DNA from: Camelus dromedarius
Lineage: Eukaryota
DNA: 64,000 nt
Assembly: GCF_036321535.1 (NCBI RefSeq)
Contig: NC_087437.1
Coordinates: forward strand, 71,984,001-72,048,000
Reading direction: 5' to 3'
The position numbers and the translations under genes were made by a program. Under the pieces are notes generated by a model. It saw nothing but the letters and a program-made list of their open reading frames with translations, did no database searches and had not been told where the DNA came from. Position 1 is the first letter of the stretch, and each line of letters opens with the position of its first letter. Of the stretch, positions 39,965 to 53,149 are shown piece by piece.

Positions 39965-41074
39965 TAATGAAACTTACAAGCTTCTGCACAGCAAAGGAAA
40001 CCATAAGTAAAACAAAAAGACAACCTATGGAATGGGAGAAAATTTTTGCAAATGAAACTGACAAAGGCTTAATCTCCAGCATATATATAAGCAGCTCATA
40101 TGACTTAATAAGAAACAACCAAACAACCCAATCCAAAGATGGGCAAAAGACCTAAACAAGCAATTCTCCAAGGAAGACATACAAATGATCAATAAGCACA
40201 TGAAAAAATGCTCAATATCACTAATTATCAGAGAAATGCAAATCAAAACTACAATGAGGTATCACCTCACACCAGTCAGAATGGCCATCATTCAAAAGTC
40301 CACAAATGATTAATGCTGGAGAGGGTGTGGAGAAAGGGGAACCCTCCTACACTGCTTGTGGGAGTGCAGTCTGGTGCAGCCACTATGGAAAACAGTGTGG
40401 AGATTCCTCAGAAGACTAGGAATAGACTTACCACATGACCCAGGAATCCTGTTCCTGGGCTTATATCCAGAAGGAACCCTACTTCAGGATGACACCTGCA
40501 CCCCAATGTTCATAGCAGCACTATTTACAATAGCCAAGACATGGAAACAGCCTAAATGTCATCAACGGATGACTGGATAAAGAAGATGTGGTATATTTAT
40601 ACAATGGAATACTACTCAGCCATAAAAACCGACAACATAACACCATTTGCAGCAACATGGATGCTCCTGGAGAATGTCTTTCTAAGTGAAGTAAGCCAGA
40701 AAGAGAAAGAAAAATACCATATGAGATCGCTCATATGTGGGATCTAAAAAACAAAAACAGAAACAAAAAAAAACAAAGCATAAATACAAAACAGAAATAG
40801 ACCCATAGACATAGAATACAAACTTGTGGTTGCCAAGGGGGCGGAGGGTGGGAAGGGATAGACGGGATTTCAAAATTGTAGAATAGATAAACAAGATTAT
40901 ACTGTATAGCACAGGGAAATATACACAAGCTCTTATGGTAGCTCACAGAGAAAAAAATGTGACAATGAATATATATATGTTCATGTATAACTGAAAAATT
41001 GTGCTGAACACTGGAACTTGACACAACATTGTAAAATGATTATAAATCAATAAAAAATGTTAAAAAAAAAAAAA
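39965..41074 (+). mobile_element. Young 5'-truncated L1 with intact poly-A and perfect TSD
   Basis: ORF2 C-terminal peptides ([47 protein letters not shown]). 12-bp TSD AAGAACAAGGCA at 39953-39964 and 41075-41086. Confidence 0.93.
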
Positions 41075-41559
41075 AAGAACAAGGCAGACCGTGGTCAGTA
41101 TTGTAAGAGAGGCAGAGAGAAAGTGAGATGGGAGCTAAGAGATGGACGAGACTGGTTCCAGCTTTTGGGGCAGGTGAAATGAGCATCATCTAAACTAGGA
41201 ATTAAAGGATCAGTAAGATTTGGACATAAAATTATTCCACATGGCAGAAATTTCTTCTGAAGAAATTTCTTTGGAAATTTATAAAGGAAGAAATTTTCTT
41301 AGGAAAATAAATTATATACAGCTAATAATGGAAATGACTTTCATTCATTCAGGTGACTTTTGAAAGATAAGAATTAGTAACAGTTCAGATACTGTCAATT
41401 CTTGATGAACCTCTGTCTTTCACGTGTGAGAAGATTTCTGCTATCCTCCTCAAAATGTTCTTCTCTCTCCTGACCAAAAACAGTCAAACGAGAGGAAGAA
41501 TGACCATTTTATTCCTTCTCTCTGTCCTTTTCTTTTCCTTAAATCACCAATGCTATTTA

Positions 41560-42330
41560 TTTGATAAATACTGTGCACTTGTTATATGCCAGATACTCTG
41601 CTAGGTACTGGAAGGCAGCAGTTAACAAGCACATGTGATCCTTTTCCTGAAAAAGCTTTCAGTGGAAGGAGACAGCCAATTAAGGGGTTCACCTTTGGTG
41701 AGGGGTGGACCACCTCATCCACTGTAACTGGAGGAATGGAAGACAGGATGGGTGGAGGGACAAGGAAGTTTGTAGACTTGGCGGTTAGGAAGTTGAGAGA
41801 GTTCCTGTCTGAGGACTTCTGTTGTGGTTTTTTTTTTTTTTTCTGTAATCGTAGAAAATTCAAAGAGTAGAATTAATAAAGCGTTGGACATTTGCCAGGC
41901 AAATGTGATGGGAGTATGATGAGGAGAGGGGATTGAGAACACTGGCAAGCAATGGACTGGGAGAATCTTAGCTGCACACATGTAAGGGTGAGGGTGGAAG
42001 GGTTCTGATGGGAAGGGTAGGAGGTTAAGGATGGGTGATTTGGTGAGGTTTAAGATCAGATTTATAAGGAGTAACTTGAGTAAGAAAGTTGGAAAGAAAG
42101 AATACTATCATCAGAAAGGCAAGTGTCTGAATTTATGATTTCAGAGATGGAATAATTCTGGAGGGCGACAGGATTTGGGATATGAGTTGAGAGCACAGGA
42201 CTGAAGTGAAATGGATGGGAAGGTTACCAGAGATGAGGACAATGAAGTAACCGGACTGACAGAGGACCTGGGATGGAGGGGAACTGAAGCACTGAAGACC
42301 ACTATTTCTGTGAAAGGGAAAGTGAATGGG
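41560..42330 (-). mobile_element. L2 fragment(s)
   Basis: L2 3'-end-like TTTATTTGATAAATAC...ATGCCAGATACTCTGCTAGG followed by purine-rich antisense L2-like text. Confidence 0.45.
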
Positions 42331-43344
42331 GAAACATCTCTTCCCCTTCCTAAGAGTCCTGAGCATTCTCCCCAGTACTGTAATCTGACATGCCACACTA
42401 CATCTCCCTGAGAATCTTGGGTCTCATGGGATCATGCCATATGGGAACCCCTGCTCCAGGCCTAGAACCCTACTTTCCCCTTCACCTTCTCACTGCCCTC
42501 CCATCCCGGTGCTCAGTGCTCAGGGCTCACTGCTGAGAGATCCCAGCTCTCACCTTCCACCTAGTAGAGAAACTGGTTCTGGGGATACAGCAGAGTAGAA
42601 GCTCCCTCTCTTGCTGCCAGGGCTCCTTGTGGGTGAGGGTGACTCAAGTTGAGGGAAGATGTGCTCCTGCTGACTTAATCTTGATTGTGGAAAGCACTCT
42701 TCTGTAACAATTCTGGGATCCACACTTGTCCTCTAGAGAACCAAGGACTGGGAGGAAAGTGGCTTTGGTGGGCTGGCTCTGGAGCCTAATTATCATCCTT
42801 TATGTTCGTGTTATGGGAGAATGCACTCAGTTTCAAATAATGAACTTAGAAGTGACTTTTCTAAATTAGGAATGATCTGTATTAACACTGTACGCTGGGC
42901 CCTCAATACCTCAGAAACTAGGCTGGCAAAAATAATCCTATCAACCCAATAATGCCCATAACAACCAATGGGCATTTTTTTCCCTTACAGTCTTAGAGCT
43001 TTCTAGGAGTTGAGATAGATTGATTGTCAGCAATGATGCTAAAAGAGTGCTTTGCATTTATAATTTAGGTATTTAAACATTTTAAAACATTATCATACTA
43101 TGGAGGTAATTTGTGTTCACTGAACACAATTCTGAAAATGAAAAGAATAGAAAATAAAACTTTGTACTCTCATGAACCAGAAATAAAATCATTAATATCT
43201 TGGCATCATCTTCACTCCAGACATACATCTCTTTGCTCCTTCCCCAACTTGGAGTCATACTGTATATAAAGTTTTATAATCTCTTTTATTCATTTAATAT
43301 AATGTGAACATTTCATGTGCCATTACCTATCTTTAAAAAATGAT

Positions 43345-44190
43345 GCAGCTGGATACATTTCCAGGCCTCCCTTGTGGTTAGGTGTAGCCAAAAGATACGA
43401 ATGAATGGGGTGTATGTTATTCCTGGGTCAGGGCTTTTAAGCAGGTGTGACTCCTTTATGTGATCTCTTCTTAGAGCTAAATGCAGATGACACCAAGGCC
43501 CTTGGGGAATTCAAAGTCAAAGGATGGAAGGAGCCTGACATTTTGAATAATCATGTATTGAACACAATGTGAGTGAAAAGAAACATCTATTGTGTTCGAA
43601 TCATTATTTATTTTGGGCTCTGTTTGTTACAGCAGTTTCGCCTACTCTGTTTTTAATTGTATGGTTATACCTTCATTTTTTAAAAGAAACATTTCTTATT
43701 AAACCATAGTAGGTTGTTGAAAATGGCCCCAATGACTGAATCAGGTCTCTCTGTGTTCACACCTCTTTGTGATAGGCCTTTATTGCTTTTTCCAACAAGA
43801 GCTGGTGTCCATTTCCCCATTCCTTGAATCTGTGCTGCCCTTATGACTTGTTTTGACCAACAGAATGTGATGTAAGTGACACTTGGGTACTTCTGAGCAC
43901 AGACTCTAAGAGGCCTTGTAGCATCTGCTTTTGCTCAGGGTGGATACAGCTGCCACGTTAACAAGTCCACGTTATCGCTGGACAGAGAGTCTATATGGGG
44001 AGATAGGTCCTAAAGGATGAGATGACACATGGAGAGAGAAACCACACAGAGGGGAATCAAGGCCCCAGACACATGTGTGAGCTCAGCTAATGCCATAAAA
44101 AAAGAGAGACTTAGTCATCTCAGTTCACCCTCATGACTCCATATTAAGTCATTAATACGTTGGCTGCTAACCAACAATCGATAATTGACA
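43345..44190 (+). mobile_element. Two old MLT1 MaLR LTR fragments
   Basis: TTTCCAGGCCTCCCTTG...GGAAGGAGCCTG...GTTTGTTACAGCAG, and TGACTTGTTTTGACCAACAGAATGTG...CTCTAAGAGGCCTTG. Confidence 0.7.
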
Positions 44191-47100
44191 CATGGTTATT
44201 TATATGTTTCTAAAGTTCTGTTACTGTAAATGACAGTGATGAGTATCTTAGTATCAGCTTCCTTGCTCATCAAGGGATTCTATGTTGTTGAACTTGTTTA
44301 AGTCTGGAAACTGAGTAAGAAGTCATGTCTCTCCATTTTGGTGCTCAAGTTAGTTTTCTGGCCCCTGCTATATTGATGAAACAATATTTTAATAGGCTGC
44401 AGTCTATTCAATTCCTACAGATACTGTGATCAATTAGCTACCACTAAAGATTCCTGCTAGTCAAAACAATTTGGTTAACATTTTGTCTCTACTGCCCATG
44501 ACAGTAAATGCACTAACCTTGTCTCTGTAGTTGTTCGTTGTCTCTTGACCTTTGTCATTCTGCGGGTCTCGTCACGTTCACTGTAATCAGGGAGCTAATA
44601 TCAATGGCGGTATCTTCCACCATCACCATAGCCTACAGAAGACAGTCATCACAGAACTTTGTGAGGATGCTGGTAGCTCCACACTAATGCCTTTCTCAGT
44701 GCTTCAGTAGAGGGAGTGACCTCTCAGAGGACATAGTTACGGGTGGATGGGTGTGCAGGTCGCAGATTATATATACACTCCATCATTCCAATCTCTCTGA
44801 GCGTTTGGTTTCCTCCTTCTACATTATGCCAGGAAAAATCTGGCATTTTACCTTCACTGAGTATAGGCTATAGTTGAGTTCAAGTAGCCAAGAAAATCAT
44901 TAGACACACTTCTAACTGTAAGAATCTTTAGTAACTGATATGATGACCCATATCAATACATTTGGTCTGATCCAGTGTCTTATATTCCATTTTCTTTATT
45001 CTAATAACCTTAAAATCCACTATTATTTCAGTTTCTACCAACTAAAATTCACAACATTTTGCTATTACTTTGCTATTATCTCCTTTCACATCAGACCTTG
45101 CACTTGTCCCCTTGGAGCAAACTGAGATCTGACTTGAGTTAGCTCAGAGGTGATGAGAAGTAGTTGCAGTGGGTCTTAATGTTATTATAGGGTCTTTATA
45201 CAAATCTCCTCAGACACAGAAAGGTAAGTTGCTCTGAAGAGTCTCAGCTCTTCCCAAATCAAACTAGATGGCTCCTATTCCAAGTCTCAGAGTCCTTCTT
45301 ACCAACCAACGCTCTAACTTTCACATACAAGATTTTTAAGTCTATGAATTCAACTTAGGTTGACATTCTGCAACCCACAAAATTAAATTTTGGGTCAAGG
45401 TCAGCCTTGCAGCTGTAAGAAATAAATGATTCTTTAAGAGCCACTATAGAAGTGCTCCTATTCTCTGTGACTTGAGCTAAGAGTTAATGATCTGAGTTTG
45501 TCATTTTTTGTATAAGCATCATTGCTACCATAATGGTCATTTGGTTCCCTTAGGGCTTCAGAAGGCATTTCATCACAATCAGCTGTAGGTGATTAAACAT
45601 ACTGTCACAGCGTATAATGGAACTGCTTCCATTTCCCCTTGGTAAAGAGATCACTACTGTGTTCAAAGCTAAGGACATGTCAAACGAACCTCAGAATCCC
45701 GTTTTGAGGGGCTGTTTCTTAGGACCACTTCTCATCCCAAGAATCATATTAGTAAAAACAGAATCATACTAGGTATTTCACCAGAGAGAATTTAATACAC
45801 TGAATGCGTTAAACAGATGTTTAAGAACTGAAAAGCACACATGCAACACAGAAGTAACACAGAGATAACTGCCGAAAGCAGTTACAACCCCCTGGAGCTG
45901 GGGAGAGGAGAAGAGTTTGGGATCACCCAAATTTAGACTTTTGGAGGAAGGAGTCTACAGAATTGGAACCCAGATCTTTGACAAGAGAACATCATCCAGG
46001 TGCTGCCAATACCTCTGAGGGGTCAGTTAGCTCTGCCAGTGTGTAAAAGTGAGGGAGGGACTAGAAGCAGCTGCCATTACCTGGGATGAACAGCTGGGAT
46101 GAACAGCTGTTGTCGGGTAACATTGTCAGGAATAAGAAAACAAACGAAGGAGAGGTCCCTTCTCTCCTCCGGCCTTCCAATCTCCCTCTAGTGGTTCATA
46201 CTGGTATAACTACCAGCTGGCAACGACCACGTGGTTTTGCAGAATACCAGCCCCAACACGACGGAGCAAAGCATGCTATTGAAACCGAGGCCAGAGCTGG
46301 ATGGGCCAAAAAGTATGTATCGCTGAATATGTTGGCATATGCACACAACACACACACACACCTGCACACACATATCGTAAGGTTTGATGAGCACTATTTT
46401 AGCATTAAAAATAATCTTTTTCTCATTACAACAGCAACACATACTGCTTTCCTTTAACTAGAAAATACAAATAAGCTCAAAGAAGAAAAAAAGATCCATC
46501 CTACTGCTGAAAAGATAATCATTGTTAACACCTTCCTTTAGATCTTCCAGATCTTGTTCTCAATGTATGGATGTACATTTTTTTTTCATGGAATCACACT
46601 GTACATAGAGATTCTTAAACTGCTTTAAAAAACAATGTATGATAAAAAAATTGCTCATATCAATACACATTTACTTATTTACAACACTGGAGTCCAAACT
46701 GTTCCTGGGAAGTGGTGTTGGGAGGTACTTCAGGAGCCTGGGCAGGGGGCCTTAATGGGAGGTTCCTGAGTCCTACCTTGCACCCTTAACCGCTGCAATT
46801 CTATTTTTGTTTTATATATTGGATTTCTATGTTAAGATTTTTATAAGGAAAAATAATTCCACTGCCAAAATATTAGAAAACGACTGACTCACTGTGGGAC
46901 TATTATCTTTTTCTGCTTTCATGATTATAATAACAAAGGATAAATCTGTGTCTAAATTTTTGTCCAAGGCCCTAGTAACATGGCCATCATGTTTTTTACC
47001 CTATTTGACAATACCTCAACATTATTTTTATCTGTATTTCTTATATTGTCAATGAGATGGACAAGGTTCTATCTATTTCATGGTCATTTGTGTCTGTGGT

Positions 47101-47633
47101 AATCTTTCTTTGCAAATTCGAAATTATAAAAGCATGGCCCTAAATCCTTACTTTCTCCTTAAAAACAGTCCATGCCTCTTCCACACCCCTAAATTCAAGG
47201 AAGCTCTGATTTTAAATATCCACTACTCATCCAGAACCCATCTTCCTGCCCTCCATTCTTGGTAATGATTCAAATCCTTCTCCACTGACAACATAGGAGC
47301 TTTCATTCTGGGGCTCCCTCATCTTTCTGTTACCCTACCCCAAACATGTCTATATCTAAAGCTACCTTTATTGCTGCCTGGGCTCAGAAAATAAAGGCTT
47401 TTTGATCTTGAAAGCAACTTCTCTACCTAAGCACTTGGTCCCACCCCTGCTTGTCCTCTCTGCAACCTAGTATGGTGTCTGGCAAACAGCTGATGCTCAA
47501 AAAGTTTTCTGAATGAATAACAGATCTTCCTTCATCAATTCTCTCCCCTTGATCTCTTTAGTAGGTCCAGTTTCTTTCACTCTTTTGGCCCCATTTCCCT
47601 CAGCCTATTTGGGTGATCAAATCACTTCCTGTG

Positions 47634-48088
47634 TGTGACGGTCAGTTTTATGTGTCAACACAGCTAGGCTAGAGTACCCAGTTATTCAATCAAACACTAG
47701 CCCAGGGGTCGTTGTGATGGTATTCTATAGATGTGATTATCAGCTGCAGTCAGTCAACTTTATGTAAAGGAGATTATCCTGGGTAATCTGGGGAAGACTG
47801 ATTCAACCCCTTTAAAAGGCCTTAAGAACAGAACTGTGGTTTCCCTGAGGACAAAAAGGAGAAGAAATTCCATCTGAAGACTGCAACTTCAGCTCCTGCC
47901 TGTTTCCAGACTACCTTTCCTGATAGGTTGCCCTACGAATTTCAGACTTGACTGTCTAACCCCCACAGTTGTGTAAGCCGATTTCTTTTCAAAAGTCCTT
48001 TACACACACACACACACACACACACACGCATAGATATACAATATATAATCTGCTACTGGTCCTATTTGACTGATGGAACCCTGATACA
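47634..48088 (+). mobile_element. MLT2-type ERVL LTR with (CA)n
   Basis: TGTGACGGTCAGTTTTATGTGTCAAC...AAAGGAGATTATCCT...GGAACCCTGATACA. Confidence 0.85.
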
Positions 48089-48917
48089 CTACCCTTAAAT
48101 TTGGAACAAAACAAAACAATACCCAGCTTGATCCTACATCTCTGTTATCACATAAATGCTATCTTCCTGTCTCACTTAAGCTTCTAAAGACATTATGTTC
48201 ATCATCTCCACTTCCTCTCTTTGCAATTACTCTTGGAGCTACAGTCCCATTTATTCAGCTGGCAAATTGGACATATTCTGTGAACAGCCCATGGGCAATC
48301 TCAAACTCATTATACCAAAAGTTATCTTATTATCCCTGCTACCTACCTAAATTTGTTCTGGTTTTGGATGCCACATCTCAAACTCAAGGCAAAAGTCTGG
48401 AAGTCATATTAGACATTTAAATACCTAAATACTGGACATCTAAATAAGTCATAATGTCCACCTTCAGTGCCTGTGTCTGAATTCAGGCCTTTGTCATCTC
48501 TTCCCTCAGCTTTTGCAATAGAGCCCCTTACCTCCCTACCTCCAGTCTCATCTCCTTCAAATCTCTTCTCCAGAGTGCTCGTCCTCTGACGCAAGGTGAC
48601 CAAAACTGCCTAGCCTAAGACTCAATGACTCCTTTGTCATCTGCAGCAAGGGAATTACAATCCAGACCACCATCACAAGGAGCGTTTACAAAACAAGGAT
48701 TAGAGCTCTACTCAGGCCTGACTAATAAGAATTTCCAAAATGGAGCCTGAAAATTTTCTATTTTAAAAAACTATCCAGGTAATTATGACCAGCCAGGGTT
48801 GGGAGCCAGCAGTCTTTAGGGTAAAAGCCAATTCTGCCTTCAGTAAGCTCACATACCACTGGAGAAAGAGACATATATACAAACTAATACAATACAGCAA
48901 GATAAATTCTGTGAGTC

Positions 48918-49404
48918 TGTGGTAGGCTGAATAATGCTTCCCCCACCCCTCACCAATATCTACATCCTAATCCCCCAAATCTGTGAATTTAGCTTACACT
49001 GCAAAATAGATTTTGTAGATGTGACTAAGTTAAAGATTCTGAAATGAGGAGATTATCCTGGGTTATGTTGGTGGGCTCAGCGTAATCACTAGTGTCCTTT
49101 CGAGACAGAGGCAGGCAGAAGAGTAAGAGAGAAAGAGGGTGGAGACAGATTGGAAGATGCTATGCTACTGACTTTGAAAATGGAAGATGGAGACATGAGC
49201 AAGGAATGCAGGTGGCAGTTCTAGAAGCTGGAAAAAAGAAGAAAATGAATTCTCCACTACAGCCTCCAGAAGGATCCAGCCCTGCCAACTTTAGTCCATT
49301 GAAATCCATTTTGGACTTCTGACCTCCAGAAATGTAATATAATAACTGTCTTAAGTGACGATGTTTGTAGTAATCTGTTATAGCAGCAACAGGAAGCTGA
49401 TACA
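48918..49404 (+). mobile_element. MLT1D-type MaLR LTR, ~1 kb upstream of the NEPRO start codon
   Basis: TGTGGTAGGCTGAATAATG...GGAGATTATCCTGGGTTAT...TGACCTCCAGAA...TAGCAGCAACAGGAAGCTGATACA. Confidence 0.85.
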
Positions 49405-50183
49405 GAGGCCAACAAAGGACACTTTATGGTAGTACTTAAAGGGGTCTCTCTATCAAGCTATGGAGTGGGGACAGGATGCTCAAGAAGAATTACCTAGGTG
49501 ATAACACCAGAGCTGAGATTGTGTTTCAGAGAAATGGTCCAGGTAGAGAAATTAGTATGTACAGAGTGACACACAGCATGTAAAGTGTTTCAACACATTA
49601 TAGTGGGGGTCTTAAGGTGGCATCAGGGTGGCTAAATATAAATGAACTATTAGAAAGATATTAATGAGGTGAAGATCAGCAAAGTTTGGAATAAATGTCG
49701 TCTTGTTCTGGACACTGATATAAGATAGGGTTGATGGAGAGTCAGACAGCCTCCAAGTTTCTGCGATGTGATCGAGGTTTTGCTGCTCCTCAAGGTAGAG
49801 CCTTCCCTAACTCAAACACTTCTGCGTTACAAATATACACTTTATATAGGTCTCTTTATTTTATTTCTTCCTTTTCCCCTAATGTCTGAGGTGGAGATGG
49901 GGCTATATGCACTAAGTTAACTGTGGGCCTCACTTTACACATCTGTAAAATGCCTTGCAGTAGTTTCAAAATTGGTTGTGCCTCCGAATCTCGTGGGGAA
50001 GCAATGCAGATTCCCCGCCTAATTCTGCGATTCTGATTTAGTACCGGGATGGGGCTTCCCTGCCCTCTCCCCTTCTCCCAAGTGATTCTGATACCCGGCC
50101 AAGCACTGGTAACAAGGGGCTGGATGACAACCGGGGTCCTTCAGGTCTACGGTATTCGGTCTACGATTCCGTGAAGGACCCAC

Positions 50184-50296
50184 CCCGCCCCACCCCTTGC
50201 CCTCTTCCCGCCCCACCCCTTGCCCTCTTCCCGCCCCACCCCTTGCCCTCTTCCCGCCCCTTGCCTTCTTCCCGCCCCTTGCCTTCTTCCCGCCCC
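50184..50296. repeat. Promoter minisatellite: 3 x 23 bp + 2 x 18 bp + partial unit
   Basis: CCCGCCCCACCCCTTGCCCTCTT x3 (50184-50252), CCCGCCCCTTGCCTTCTT x2 (50253-50288), then CCCGCCCC. Confidence 0.95.
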
Positions 50297-50375
50297 TGAC
50301 GTCGTCTCCTCCGTGGGTTGCTCCACTTGCTCTCGCCTAGCTCCGCCTTCTCCAGCCCCTCCCCTGCCTTCCAAG

Positions 50376-50478
50376 ATGGCTGCGCTGCTACCGGGCCCGG
50401 AGCCGTGGAACCGCGTGAGGATCCCCAAGGCAGGGAGCCGCAGCGAAGTGACAGTACAGGACCCCAGCGCGGCGCTGG
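50376..50478 (+). CDS. NEPRO: NEPRO coding exon 1 ([34 protein letters not shown])
   Basis: ATG in CAAGATGG context. The peptide matches the recalled human NEPRO N-terminus (..[12 protein letters not shown]..). Donor G|GTGAGT, phase 1, 103 nt. Confidence 0.95.
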
Positions 50479-52066
50479 GTGAGTGAGGCGCCTGGCGAGG
50501 AGGGGTAGGCCTTTCCGGGCCGGGGCCGGCGCACGTGCGCGGGGGCGGGACTTCCGGAGCCCGCAGGACGCTGGGAAGAGCCGCGGCCGAGCATGGCCTG
50601 GGCTCCGGTGTTTGCTAAGGAAGCTTTTAGGGCCCCGGGCTTCACGGTCCACTTCGCCCACCGTGCCGAACGCAGGGCCTGGCTGAGCGCCTAAGGCCCG
50701 AGACCCAGCCCCGAGCCCACAGGGCGTGAAGGAAAAGTGCTGCCTGGGAACCCTTCGTTAACTCAGGCCCCCCAGAGCCGTGGTTACTCCTCAGTCTTTT
50801 CCAGCTTCTGCCTCTGAGGGACTGCGGGCCGTCACTTTTACCGCATTCTGCACTTACGCCGCAGTCTTTCTGGGTTCCCCATTCCTTAAATGTAGAATGG
50901 GGTTAGTTTTCCCAACCCATCACCGGATTGTGGGGACGATCTGATGATGTCATGTAGGAGGGCGTGCTCTTAAACTAAAGTGTTCTATCAGTGTATGATG
51001 GCATTACCATTATTAGGCAGTTATTAGGCAGTAGGGCAGTACGAGCTTGGCCTGGATTTGCATCCTGGCTCTTATTCTGCTGCAGCTAGGGTGAGGGATA
51101 GAGGTGTCGTTATTGAAGCTTTCAGGTCCTCAGTTCATTTTCAAATGAAGATAAAAATAGTACTTGCCTCGTAAAGCTATTTTGATGAAAGAGTTAATAT
51201 TATAGGTAAAGCATTTGGAACAGTTCCTGATACGGTAAATAAACAAATAATAACTATTATTTTTAATATTAAATACTTGTAAGCTATCTAATCATCGCAT
51301 CTCCCTCTCCATACATCCATCCTGCACAGTTTACACATTAATCTTTCCCCTTCCTCTATTCAAAAATTCCTTAACAGGATTCCTATTAGGGGTGGAAATT
51401 CACCAACTCTCTCCCCACCCCTAAGGCAACCCTTTCTGGCCTTAAATAGTTGGGGCAATAAGAAAGTTCGCCACATTACACAAAAATCTGCCTTTGTATT
51501 AGTTCTCCTTAGGATGCTAGTGCTACCCTCAGAGCCACAGAGAACACATCAATTCCATCTTCTACTTCATAGCTTTTTAGACTAGGAAGCTGATACCTTG
51601 TTTTGCTAAGCACCCTGTGTTGAGTCTGACGTTCATTATATAATTTCCAGTTGTTACAGTGGTTTCTCTTTTTGAGTGTATTCTTAAAGTGGTACCCAAA
51701 TACAGTACCTTTGTCTTTTAAGAGTATGAATTTATCTATTCTGTCATGCTTATGTGCAGAGCAAAATGGGATTTAGAGAAGTATACAACATGTGTCCCAC
51801 CTTCAAGGTCCTTAAGGTGTTAAGTGTACACCAAATGGTTGGCTGCAAAGTATTCATATGAAAGATTATTAAAATCATGATAAATGGGAAGTAAAAATAT
51901 ACATTACATTGTAGTTTAACAGATGTAATCTTAGATGTTCTCTTAATGATTTCCTGGACTTGATATCATGTCATCATTTTCCAACTTTTTACATATGTAG
52001 AATCATTATGTTGTTATAGGTGAAGCTGATTATGTTAATTTGTTCTTCATTTCTTTAAACAAGTGA

Positions 52067-52414
<348 letters not shown>

Positions 52415-53149
52415 TAAGTCTTCAGCCCACAGTTAATGTGCACACTTTCATTTTTTTATTTTTCTGAAAGCATTTCAAGAACAGCTTATTATAGAAAGGA
52501 ACTATGATTCTTTCCCAGTCTTGTTTCTAGTAGGTAGGTAATTTTTATGAAAAGTTTTCTTCATTATATGTAAGCTATAATAAATGACTGTACCTTTGCT
52601 TAGTTTAAAGATTGAGTGATTTGATCAAGACAAAGTGGTGGATTAAGAACCAGTTTTCCTAAGCATAATCAAAATCCCAAAACCATTAAAAAAACAGAGT
52701 TGTGATTTACTTATTCTGGAGTATGTATTCTAACTGGAAATATATTAGAGTAAATGAGTATTTAATAAGTTGTGGTGTAACGTGGTTTTGTTTAAGGGTT
52801 GGAGTTTAAGACAAAATTGGGCTCTCCAGCTCAGGGACTACACCACAGAGTAGAGCCTCTTAAGCTGAGTTCCTTATATACTCATTCATGAATTTTATTA
52901 ATTCTCCATATATTTTTGAAACTTCATGTGCCAGGCACTATGCTTCGTGCTGGGTAAACAGGGGTGAAAAAGACAGACATAACCTCTACCTCACAGATTC
53001 ATGTTCTCTGGTTAATTTTCCACTCCCATTACTTAAGGCAAAAACAATGAAGATTTTTTCATCAAAGAAAGATTTGGGATCATTGTGTTTTCTTAAGTTT
53101 CTTCTCTGGGACAGCTTTTATCTCCTTCTGAGTCTTTTTACTCCAAAAC

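Larger units (their letters stand above)
50090..50900 (+). promoter_or_regulatory. CpG-island promoter of NEPRO
   Basis: High GC and CpG density. Contains a GC-box array, CRE-like TGACGTCG (50297-50304), YY1-like CAAGATGGCTGC over the ATG, and ETS ACTTCCGG near 50550 in intron 1. Confidence 0.9.

Noticed and set aside
39946..40747. L1 ORF2-like peptides as an active gene
   Set aside because: 5'-truncated and frameshifted; a retrotransposon remnant.
916..49322. Numerous 60-166 aa ORFs in the intergenic region
   Set aside because: No recognisable protein similarity, many non-ATG starts, no consistent exon structure, and many overlap repeats. This is the expected background in mammalian DNA.
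50184..50296. CRISPR-like array
   Set aside because: Eukaryotic DNA with head-to-tail units and no unique spacers.
50220..50375. In-frame upstream extension of NEPRO ([15 protein letters not shown]...)
   Set aside because: It starts at TTG inside the promoter minisatellite; the open frame is a by-product of the C-rich repeat.
50147..50686. Overlapping antisense and sense ORFs over the CpG island
   Set aside because: GC-rich DNA lacks stop codons, and the peptides are repeat-derived.
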